Positions 52,480-64,000 of a DNA stretch of 64,000 nt are shown in pieces. A program made the translations under genes and the position numbers. The notes under the pieces were generated by a model, which saw only the letters and a list, made by a program, of their open reading frames with translations, had not been told where the DNA came from and did no database searches. The DNA lies in assembly GCF_006345805.1 (NCBI RefSeq), contig NC_043018.1, forward strand, positions 25,730,001 to 25,794,000. Reading direction: 5' to 3'. Within the stretch, counting starts at the first letter, position 1; the number at the start of each line of letters is the position of its first letter. Origin of the DNA: Octopus sinensis (Eukaryota).

Positions 52480-53432
52480 GAGGCATGACGTAGCTAGGAC
52501 ACTCTATAATGAAATTCGTCGGAACGATAAACCCGAGGACAAAGAAATTAAAACCAATAATACGGTAGAAGTCATAGGCACTAATAATAAAGAGAAATAC
52601 TGGTGGAATGTCCCAGTGAAGACCTCAGTAAAATATAAGCACATCAGATCTGATATAATGATTTGGGATAGAGAAGAGAAACTGTGCACAGTTGTGGAAA
52701 TTAGCTGCCCAGCGGTGTTAACATAAAGCTGAAGATCAACGAAAAAGAGAACACCTATGCTGAAATATTGAGGAATTTGCAGTTACTCTAGCTAGATAAG
52801 TTTGGGTTTATACCTGTAATTAGTGGGGCCATGGGATATGTAACATACTGCCTAAATACCAATCTTAAGAAATTGGTTTTTTCAAAACCAGAAAGGAGAA
52901 AGCTAATTCGAAGATTACAGATCAAATCCATCACTCGAACCTGTAAAAATCTTTAAAACTTTCCAGACGTTTACCATTTAATACATATGAGCATGTCTAG
53001 ATATGCAACTATATGCATGAAAATACATACTTAAAGCAAAACATACAAATCTGCACACATACATACACACACATACATACATACATACATACATACATAC
53101 ATACATACATACATACATACATTCATACATACATACATAAATACATACATAAATACATACATACATATATACATACATACAAACAAAATACCCTGTTGTT
53201 GATGGTGAAATTCCAGTGAAGAAGCTTTGGATCTAGGTCAGAAACCGGTTCTTTCTCTATTGGCAAGAAACCTTGAAATAAACTGAATAATGACTAACAT
53301 ACATACAAAATGATATACAAAAATAATCTGTTGGTGTTGCTGGAATTCCAGTGAAGGAACCTTGAATCTAGGTTAGAAACCAACTACCTCTTTCTCTATC
53401 GGTAACAAATCATGATATAAGACTGACTATTG
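52479..53432 (+). mobile_element. 3' fragment of a second RLE-type (R4-like) non-LTR retrotransposon in (TACA)n
   Basis: RHDVARTLYNEIR...YWWNVPVKT...HIRSDIMIWDREEKLCTVVEISCP then INEKENTY (RHD, PD-like and E..P..K RLE motifs); 3' UTR segment repeated at ~53190 and ~53327. Confidence 0.75.
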
Positions 53433-53883
53433 ACATACATACATACATACATACATACATACATACATACATACATACATACATACATACATACATACAT
53501 ACATACATACATACACACATACATACATTACACACAAATGTTCACACGCACACATACACTCACACATTATCTTTTATTTTTCACTTGTTTCACTCATTAG
53601 AGTGAGGCCATGCTGGGGCACTACCTTGAAGAATTTTAGTTTTTTTTTTTAACCGGGTCATTTTAAACCAGGTCGAAAACACATCTTTTCTGTAGGTTAT
53701 GGCGATAAGTCAGAAAAAATGGCTAAATATCAGCATCCATCACACCTGAATGAGATTGAAGGCGAGTTATCTCGCCTGTTAATGACTTTCGGGGGGGTAT
53801 AATACTTATGAGTGAGTTGCCCAACCAAGCGCTATACTGCAGCGAAGCGGTGAACAAGCAAAATACATACTATGTGCGTTTGT

Positions 53884-53978
<95 letters not shown>

Positions 53979-54114
53979 ATGTATATATATATATTATATA
54001 CATGTGTATGTGTGTATATATGTATATATATATATATATAAACTTTTCTCTTATCGATTGTTTTCTAATGCAAGTCATCTTATCGTTCGGCCATTCAACC
54101 TGGAATTGGAATTG

Positions 54115-54196
<82 letters not shown>

Positions 54197-55336
54197 TAAT
54201 ATATATGTATGTGTGTATACATATATATACATACTATATATACATATATATATATGTTTATATACATATATGTGTATATATAAATAATAATATACTATAT
54301 ATATATATATATAATATATAAATATATATATATATATATCCAAATACACACACATGCACACATGCACATATACAGATCCTGTAAATTTTTGCTGATGCAT
54401 GGTACGCAAACGTGTGCATAAGGCAAAGAAAAACAGTGAAGGGAGAAAATGGAATCCATAGACAATATTGCATATCAGACGACCGATAATCAATTCCTAA
54501 ATGATATCATTTGCATATAAATTACATATTTATACATACTTTATGCCACTAATAATGTTCAGGGAGGATTTTACGTCAGAGAAACGTCGTAAACATTTTG
54601 GAATCGTTCATAAATTATTCCCTTTCTGCTTGTTTGAATGGATTATAGAAGACAGTGAGGTAGAAAAAATGGAGAAATATTTTTGTGGTCTGCGAATGGA
54701 TGGAGCAAATGAATTCGCTCTATTTTATTATTCCTTTCTGTCTTTGCCTCGTATTTGTGTTTGTTCTTCTTTTGTATGCTGGTTAGATCGTTTTTGTGTT
54801 TTTTTTTTTTTTTTTTTTGTTTTCTTTCACATGTTTCAGTTATTGAACTGTGGCCATGCTGGAACACTGTGATGACGTCTTTGTTTTGCCGAACAAATTG
54901 ATCCCAGTAAATTATTTCAGAGTTTTTTTTTAAGTCTGGCATTTATTCTATCGGTGTCTTTCGTCGAACCGCTATGTTACTGGGAAATAAAATTCCAAAA
55001 CAACTGGTTGTCAAGTGGTAGTGGAGCTACAGACACACACACACACACTCACATATACACAGATATATATATATATAACATAAAGAAAATCGATACTGTG
55101 ATCACAGAAAAATCAATTTATTTATATAATAGTTGATTTACTGTCGCCTACGCACGTTTCAGTTCCCACTTTCATTTATATTTTACAATTGAAATTGCAT
55201 TATGATTGTAAAAGGTAAAATTCTCTTCAGAGGAAAATTTACAGATATTCAGATGTATTCGTTTACATCCTAATGGATGGAGAGCTCCTTACATACTGTG
55301 TATGTGTGTTTGTGTATGTCAGCATGTGTTGTATAG

Positions 55337-55497
55337 GTGGTAGTTGTGTCGTTATTGGTCGCAGTGCATCGTCAGTGATGGTAGTGATTATTTTGGTGAT
55401 GGCGTCACAGTTGTTGGTCGTAGCCAATGTGAATCCTAGCAACATGGCTTCAGTTTCGAACGCAACAGCTGTTATTCCACCGAACTTGTCATTCACG
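55337..55497 (+). CDS. Candidate host exon encoding a signal-peptide-like N-terminus
   Basis: TAG| at 55334-55336 and ACG|GTACGC donor at 55497; open frame ...MVVIILVMASQLLVVANVNPSNMASVSNATAVIPPNLSFT with hydrophobic core and NAT/NLS sequons; non-repetitive sequence. Confidence 0.45.
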
Positions 55498-55719
55498 GTA
55501 CGCATTTCAGGATTCTGTTTTGGAGACCAATGCGTCCATTCATGACGCTGTTATTTCCTTCTCTGTGTGTGTATCATCCCATGTCCTGGCTGGGTAGGAG
55601 ACACAGTGACTTTAGGATTTTGGTGTACGTTGGTGTATATGTGTCTGTGCGCGTTTGGATGTTAGCTTCCGTGCAGTGGGACACAACGTGCCGCCGGGTA
55701 TCGTAAAATTGACATACAA

Positions 55720-56258
55720 TAGACTGAGCACTCCACAGACACACGTACCCTTAACGTAGTATCAGGGAGATTCAGCCTGATACAGAGTGTGGCAAGGCTA
55801 TCCCTTTCAATAACGGGTACAACTCACTTTTACCAATTGAGTGGACTTGGACAATATGAGATAAAGTGTCGTGCTCAAGGCCACAACCGTGTGTCTTGAA
55901 ATTAACTTGCAATAGGTTGAGCACTCCTCAGACACACGTACCCTTAACATAGTTCTCAGGGAGATTCAGAGTATAATAAGGTTGCCCCTGTTGGCCTACA
56001 GGTACAACTCATTTTTGCTAGGTGAGTGAACTGGGGCAACGTGAAATAAAATATCCTACTCAAGGACACAACACTCTGCTAGGTATCGAACGCGCGACCT
56101 AATGATCACGACACAAATACCCTAATCTCCAACACAACGAAGACACTTATAAAAACTGATGCAGTAACCAACTCGGCCCACAGCGCAGTCCTGGAATCGA
56201 ACTCACAAACCTAGCTATTGTAAGCCCGACGCTCTAACCAATAAACCATGCGCCTTCG
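55720..56258 (-). mobile_element. Tandem degenerate head C / tail X SINE copies
   Basis: GAGCACTCC...GACACACGTACCCTTAAC repeated at ~55726 and ~55919; tRNA head at ~56190-56258. Confidence 0.75.
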
Positions 56259-56498
56259 CGTTAAGCACTTCGCTAAGACGAAGAACTTTGTAACAACAGC
56301 TTTCAATATATTTACTAAACAGGCAAGCATCATCACCTGACTTGCTTACGAGAGGAGGGGGAGAAAGAGAGGGAAAAAACGGTATTGATTCCCAATAACA
56401 GCAAGAATAGTGTGAGCCCTTAAACTACAGAACTACCGACCAATAAAGCTATTTATCAACTTAACAACTACACACAATCACACATACACACACGTATA

Positions 56499-56576
<78 letters not shown>

Positions 56577-56594
56577 ATATGTAAGTATGTATAT

Positions 56595-56626
<32 letters not shown>

Positions 56627-56942
56627 TTATATAGATATATAGATATCGATATAGCTATGTAAGTATGTATTATGTATAGATACATATATACATATACATA
56701 TATACTATAATATACTATAGGTGTGTATCTATATATATATATATATATAATATATATATATATAATATATAGCTATGTAGTATATATATAGATATGTAGT
56801 ATGTATGTATATATTTTGGTATGTATGTATTTATGTATATATATATATATATATATAAATATATAAGATACGTAAGTATGCATATATATATATACAAATG
56901 TATATGTATGTGTATATAATATAATACTATATATACGTATAT

Positions 56943-56975
<33 letters not shown>

Positions 56976-57424
56976 ATATAATATATATATATGTATGTAT
57001 GTATGTATGTATAATGTATGTATGTATGTATGTATGTATAGGTACACCCTATCCAATCGACTGGCTTTTCATCTGAAAATGAATCGCATCTCTCTTACCG
57101 AAGAAGCAATGAGCGTAGGAAAGTGCTGAATTGTTGTGTAGAGCAGCTGCTGGTGAAGCGAACAATTATTGAAACCAGCGTGAAGAGAGAAATGGAGAAA
57201 AAATATTAAAAAAATAAATCTATGTTTGGCTTAGATTGATTAGAGAATGCTATTTCGATGGAATGTTATAGTGTGAGATACATTTCATACACTGCATGTA
57301 TTGGGAAAGCATGCCCCAGCATAGAAATACTACTACAATATGGAATATATGAACTGAACGGTGTCGCAAATGGAAATGATAATGTATTACTTATATATAT
57401 AAATATATTACTTATATATATTAT

Positions 57425-57467
<43 letters not shown>

Positions 57468-57615
57468 GAGAGGTAATGGTGTCAATAAGACCCCAAGTTG
57501 TCAGGTAATGCTGAGTAAGTGCTATGGACAGACCACAGTTAAGCTCCAGGTTCGGTGATTATGCGAATAAGGAGTCCAACGGACTTGGATTTTTATCTCA
57601 TTCTGAAAAAAAAGT

Positions 57616-57650
<35 letters not shown>

Positions 57651-57652
<2 letters not shown>

Positions 57653-58536
57653 AATTTATTATATGACGAAACACACGCATCCATTTCTAAGTAAGATTGT
57701 TCTTAATATTAATAATGATGCCCACTCTTAACCTTTCTCTCCCCCTCCCTTTCTCAGCCTTCATTCTTTTGGCTTTCCTTTTCTTCTACCTTACTGTCTC
57801 TCCCTCTCTCTCTCTTATTCTTCATTCTTTTCTCTACAACCATTCCCTTTTTTCTCTCCCTTTCTCTGACTCCTCCTTCTCCCTCCCGTCGCGGACACGT
57901 GATGAGAAGGCTACTACTGTCTTTGTTCTTCTGGCTACCTTCAAGTAGAGACGGCAAATCTGTTGCTCCCTCGCCGTTCTCAAAAAATAGCGTTCGTAAA
58001 ATTTTTTATCTCGTTCGGCTTAACAGCCCTTCTTGTTTGTGTTACTGTTATTCTCCGTGTCCTGTCTTTTACTGTTTATATTTTTCACTGTCGTTACTGT
58101 CCTGTTTTTGTTACCATTTTTACCCCTCCGCAAAAAAATCTCAAATTTTATTTAATTTGATTTTCGCGGGAAGGAAAGTTTCATTAAAGTCATGTATCGC
58201 CTTGACCTTCGAAACGTGGAGTAGATAAAACAAAAGCGACTCAAGAAGGGGAATTTTCCTTGTTTTGTATGTCCTGTACTCTATTTTTTCGTTGTTTAAG
58301 AAAAATGTCCATTTCCTTGGTTTTGTGTTTATGTTTTCGTTTCTCATTGTGTTCGACGTTTTTTTTGGTGTCCTTTACCCATATATGCATGTATATATAC
58401 ATGTATATATATACATGTAGAGGTAGGTACGTACATATATGTATGTATATATGCATATGTTTTATTTATTTATTAATTTATTAATTTATTATATGACGGA
58501 ACGCACGCATCCATTTCTAAGTAAGATTGTTCTTAA

Positions 58537-58539
<3 letters not shown>
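57651..58539. repeat. 59-bp direct repeats 830 bp apart (57651-57709, 58481-58539)
   Basis: TTAATTTATTATATGACG(A/G)AAC(A/G)CACGCATCCATTTCTAAGTAAGATTGTTCTTAATAT. Confidence 0.85.
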
Positions 58540-58572
<33 letters not shown>

Positions 58573-58722
58573 TGTATGTATATATATATATATATATATG
58601 TATATGTATATATGTATGTATGTATATATATATATATATATGTGTTGTGTTGTGTTGTGTTATATATATGGGTGTGTGTGTGTAGTATATATATATACAT
58701 ATAATATATATTATATAATATA

Positions 58723-58817
<95 letters not shown>

Positions 58818-59345
58818 CCTGTATGTACGTATTTATGTACATATATATATTCTTTCTTGGCCTGAATACCGACCGCCAACTTCTCCTCTGTCCATCTTCT
58901 ATTTTCCTACATTTAGGCTTTCACTTTATATATTCCAGCTCAATTTAATTCGTCCTCAGTCGAAAGACACCTGTTGTTATATTCTTATAGTTTCTATTTG
59001 TAATTGTGAAACATATTTTCCGAATTTTTTTTTCTCCGTTCTCCGTTTTTTTGTCTTTGTTGTCTTACACATTCACTTTCTTTCTTACAAAAAATCTAAT
59101 GCTCTTGTCTTGTGATAAGACATGATTCGTTCCCCAGCAGAGATTGTCTCCCTTATACAAGGAGGCACCATCCTCCTCACGTTTTTACTGCCTTTAAAAT
59201 CTTTTTTTCCGTTCAGTGTTCTTAAAATTCATAAAATTTGATTATCTTTTCTAGAATTAATATATAATAATAATAATAATGATAATAATAATAAATAATA
59301 ATAATAATAATAATAACAACAATAATAGTAGTAGTAATAATAATA

Positions 59346-59399
<54 letters not shown>

Positions 59400-59449
59400 G
59401 TAATAATAATAATAATAATATAACAATATCAACAATAATAGTAGTAGTA

Positions 59450-59487
<38 letters not shown>

Positions 59488-59577
59488 TAATAATAATAAT
59501 AATAATAAATAGTAATAATAATAATAATAATGATAATAGTAATAATAATAATAATAACAACAATAATAGTAGCAGTA

Positions 59578-59655
<78 letters not shown>

Positions 59656-59663
59656 TATTATTA

Positions 59664-59698
<35 letters not shown>

Positions 59699-60549
59699 TG
59701 AGGTCAAAGTATACATGGTATACAAAGTATGTGAGCACATAAATGATGCATTCCTCTTCTGATGTAGAAGCTGCAACTAAAGCGAATCAAGGAACTCCCA
59801 CAGATAAACCTCCACAGATACAAGATTACTCTGACCGCGAAAGGCACGAACCCTCACCCATCTGTAGTTTTCCAGTCTACAAACCCGTGCATAAAATAGG
59901 TCGATCACACTAAATCAAGCCCCACCGTTTTACAACAATAATAATTATTATTATCATAATTGCATGAAAATCTAGTTCGAAGAATGTGCCAAACCAAGGA
60001 AATCATGGGGAGAGGAAATTAATCAAAAAATCTAATGACAGATAAAGGAACAGAGATACGAGGTATTGGAGGAATACAGACAGGCATACAAATACTCAGA
60101 AATTAATTATGAAGACAGTGTGCAACATACACAAATTAAATAAAAGCTTAGGATGGAATATTGAATTTGCCTTCGAATAATACTTTAAAACAGAACAAAA
60201 TGTCAACAAAATAAGGTAATAAGCATCGATATCTAGCGGTCTACGTAATAAGTTCTTGATATAATATTCTCAACTGGACGCTAATTGCATTAGCGTGACT
60301 AGACAGGAAAACTAGGAAAATAATGACTACGCTTATAATACATCGTCTAAAATGACACAGAAATATATTTACCATGAATGCTATGCTGTGTGGCGGGAAG
60401 AGAGCATCGATGGCTAGGAATTTAGTATAAAATACATATTGTACGATGTAAACACAAAAAAAAATCTGGTGAAGAATAATGGAAATGAAATGCAAATAGC
60501 TATAAAAAACTTTAGCAATTACTTCGTTGAAGAGCTATTTTTGGCAAGT

Positions 60550-60584
<35 letters not shown>

Positions 60585-60889
60585 ACACACCACATATATA
60601 TATACATATATTAACCAGCAGGTTTATATATATCTTTTTAAAAACAAGAACGCTGGTCAGTATGAAAATAAGAAAAGCGTGAAGAAGGCTGATGCAAAGA
60701 ATGGAGCGAGCAAACAGAAACAAAATCATGATTTACGATCTTCATCTTCTCTGATTGCATATATATACATATATACATATGTGTGTGTGTGTGTGTTGTG
60801 AGTGTGTGTGTGTGTGTGTGTATGTGTGTATTTATGTATGTATACATGTATGTTAGTATGCATGTATGCATATATTTCTTTTTTGTTTC

Positions 60890-61140
60890 TTTTACTTGTT
60901 TCAGACATTTTACTGCGGCCATGCTAAATCACCGCCTTTAGTCGAACAAGTCGACCCCAAGACGTATTCTTTGTACACCTAGTAACGTTTTCCATCAGGC
61001 TTTTTTGCCGAACTACTAAGTTAAGGGGACGTAAACTCACTAACTCCGGTTGTCAAGTGATGGTGTGTGGACAAACACAGACACACAAATACAGACACAC
61101 AAATACTATGTGGTTCGGTAGCAAGCTTCTTACCAGACAC
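60890..61140 (-). mobile_element. Family B SINE, internally deleted
   Basis: TTACTTGTTTCAG...GCGGCCATGC...CCGCCTTTAGTCGA. Confidence 0.8.
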
Positions 61141-61377
61141 ACACTCCTACTTACATACTTGTATGCGTGTGTGTGTGTGCGTATGTCTGTGTGTTGTGTG
61201 TACAACGTTCCGAGTTCATTCCCCACTAAAGGTAGCACTTATATAACTGCAGGATGATATACAGGAGTCACTACGTAGTTAGACCCAGTTTCCCTTGACC
61301 GAAACACTCGTTGAGGGTTTCTCTCGCTGACTCGCATCGAGTTTCTGTTCGTCATACATACATATATACATACAAAC

Positions 61378-61688
61378 ATGGGATTGCACCTAGAAAGTTA
61401 CCCTCCTAGACACAAGTCTGGGCAAGGTTGTTTATGGAAGACCAGCAGTCGCCCATGCATACCAGCCTCCCCTATCCACGCCACCAGTGTTATCCAAGGG
61501 AAAGACAAAGGTCGATACAGCTTGGCACCTGTGACGTCGCAACTCATTTGTACAGCTGAGTGAACTGGAGCAACGTGAAAATAAAGTGCTTTGCTCAAGA
61601 ACACAACACGCAGCCCGGACCGGGATTCGAGCTCACAACCTCACGATCGTAAGTTCGACGCTCTAACCACTGAGCCATGCGCCTTCAC
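61378..61688 (-). mobile_element. SINE with head C and tail Z
   Basis: Head GAAGGCGCATGGCTCAGTGGTTAGAGCG...GAATCCCGG; distinct tail GTTGCGACGTCACAGG...TAGGTGCAATCCCATG. Confidence 0.8.
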
Positions 61689-61900
61689 ATACAAACATAC
61701 ATACACATATACCGGTTTCAAATTTTGGCCCAGGGCCAGCAACTCCGGGGAAGGGAATGGGTCGATAACATTGACCCCCTAGAGTTCAACTGCTACTTAA
61801 TATAACGACTCAGAAAGGATGACAGGCAAAGTCGACCTCCGTGGAATTTCAGCTAAGCATTTCGCTCGTCTTCTCTACCTTGGATCTTTCCTTTTCCTAT

Positions 61901-61935
61901 GTTTCTGACCAAGAGCTCCGCTCGAAACGTTAAAT
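61901..61935 (+). ncRNA. Minimal hammerhead motif with mutated core (CUGACCA)
   Basis: GUUU-CUGACCA-A-GAGC UCC GCUC-GAAACGUU-AAAU; downstream flank CTTTCCTTTCCTGAGCGTC shared with the 32239 copy. Confidence 0.65.
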
Positions 61936-62219
61936 CCTCCTTCGTTCTTTCCTTTCCTGAGCGTCCAATAAACAATACTTGTTCACGTCCTCGCGTTTTT
62001 GTCGTTGTTTCTTTTATTTTTCATGTTTGGATTACATATATATATATTATAGATATATATACATATATATATATAATATATATATAATATATATATTATA
62101 TATATGTATTATAAATATGTGTATTATACTATTGGATATAATACGATATGATATATATATATATATATATAATATATATATATCGATATGTATATACACA
62201 TTATAATATATAACATAGT

Positions 62220-62420
62220 TTAATGTGCACAGTCTACAGTTGAGCTACTAATATTTTCATACATTGAAGATATCATCTAGGCGCATTTTCAAACACGCCG
62301 ATTGTCTCCCAGTAATCTTTAGGCTCTTGAAGACACTAGACGTGTTTTAAAACCTGTCTAGATAATATCTCCAATGTATGTAACTATTAGTAACTCATAA
62401 CTATTTACTGTGTACATTAA
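62220..62420. repeat. ~200-bp imperfect foldback hairpin (MITE-like)
   Basis: TTAATGTGCACAGT...CATACATTGAAGATATCATCTAG versus CTAGATAATATCTCCAATGTATG...ACTGTGTACATTAA; TTAA at both ends. Confidence 0.8.
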
Positions 62421-62576
62421 GAAATATTTATCTCTCATCGGATAGAATACATTTTCGTTGATCTTTCCTTAACGAAAAAGTAAGCTTTTTTATAAGTCTA
62501 TGCGTGTTTATATATACATATTATATATATATGTGTTATATATATATATAATATATATTATATGAGTGTGCATATG

Positions 62577-62614
<38 letters not shown>

Positions 62615-64000
62615 TATATATATATATATGTTGATGACAATGGACGATATGCGCATACAGAAATACTTTCCGCTGTTATTCATATTATCAGCCTGGGTAT
62701 CCCGTGTGCAGGACGTTAGATTACTTATTGATGATGCAGGGAACCCACTGACTATTTTCCAACAAATACACACATGCATCTATGCATGTGTATGTGTGTG
62801 TGCGTGTGTGTATAATGCATACATAATCATGTACATACAGTACACAAATGCATACGTATATTATACATGTGTGAGGGTATATATACGTGTGATAAATCTG
62901 CACCTTTTATGCGTGATTGTGTGACATTTATATATATAAATATATGTATATGTGTTTGTAGGCATGTATCAGCCTGTATGGACAGATGTATTATGTATTT
63001 ACATGCTTGTATAAATGCGTATATATACGCGCATGTATACAACTCGGTAGACTTAGAAATTTAGTTATTTGCAGCCATTATTTCATGCAGCATTAATTCA
63101 TTGATAAATATTAAAATTGAAATTTTTTTCCTTTACGTTTTTTGTTTGTTTGTTTGTTTTTTTTTTCGACATTTTGTTTTTGTTGTTGCTTTACTCAACA
63201 AGTAATTCAATAAATTATCTTATTTTCGTATAATAAATCATCTTTGTACAATATTTGCCGATTCCATTTAGCCACGAACGATTCAAAATACAAATTTACC
63301 AAAAAAAAAAAAATCATTATTCAAGAAGCATTTTTAAAAACAAGCAAAGATTCCCAAACTATGCACGAAAACCAAAAAGAAAAATGTTGTTAATAAAGAC
63401 AAAATACTAAATATTGAGAAATAAAATTTGGAAAAACTGCATTTTCAAGAAATTTCAATAATTTTCATCCTTTTTATAGACAGAACAAAAATATAATTTA
63501 TAAAATAACCTAAAGAATATCGCCATAAGAAATCTCACCTCACCCAATCCGCCATCTTAGGTTAGTATTGATTTCTGTATCACAGGCAAAATACTAAATA
63601 TGTATATATAATCCGTTCATCTTTTATTCTGCTATTCTGGGGTTTTGGGGGATTTTTGTTTTGTTTCTTTTTTTTTAATAGTTTCATGTAAACGAAGAAT
63701 GATTTAACTCCTTGTCCAAAATTTAACGCCCACATCGGACAACGCACCCAATTTGCAACGGGATAGAGGAATTATTAATAACGTAAACATATGTAGAAAT
63801 ATTTGATTCGTATGTGGTCGGATTGGATTGAATCGATAAATGTTCTGTTTCTTAAAAGTTACCAACCGTTGTGTCCGATGTTCGTATCTTCTATTCTGTC
63901 ACTATCACTACCTCGGTGCTGTTAATGCAGTGAAGCATGATCTTGTTGCCGTTGCTTCGTCCTCGGCCAGCCGTATGCCAGTAAATGCACATTCTTACAC

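Noticed and set aside
58900-58975. Minus-strand CUGAGGA...GAAA...GUA
   Set aside because: No credible stem II or stem III pairing
59700-60250. Possible retroelement N-terminal remnant
   Set aside because: A-rich and coding-like but no recognisable motif and many stops

Overview
AT-rich, repeat-saturated eukaryotic DNA. The SINE families and the density of (TA)n/(TACA)n/(AAT)n tracts point to an Octopus genome, intronic or intergenic (inference). Almost all track ORFs are microsatellite or SINE artefacts. Supported elements: one full-length mariner with an open 349-aa transposase (33608-34897), two decayed mariners, an inverted-duplicated Tc1/mariner fragment, a 5'-truncated R4/Dong-like retrotransposon in (TAA)n, a second RLE retroelement fragment in (TACA)n, Penelope-like (GIY-YIG) remnants, several MITEs, a U6 pseudogene, many modular tRNA-derived SINEs and a 100-N gap. 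One host exon candidate encodes a signal-peptide-like segment (55337-55497). Most notable are several type-I hammerhead ribozyme motifs: three minimal copies (32239, 51113, 61901) and an inverted pair with a long stem II and variant CCGACGA core (31454-31840). All calls were read by eye; no searches or folding programs were run.
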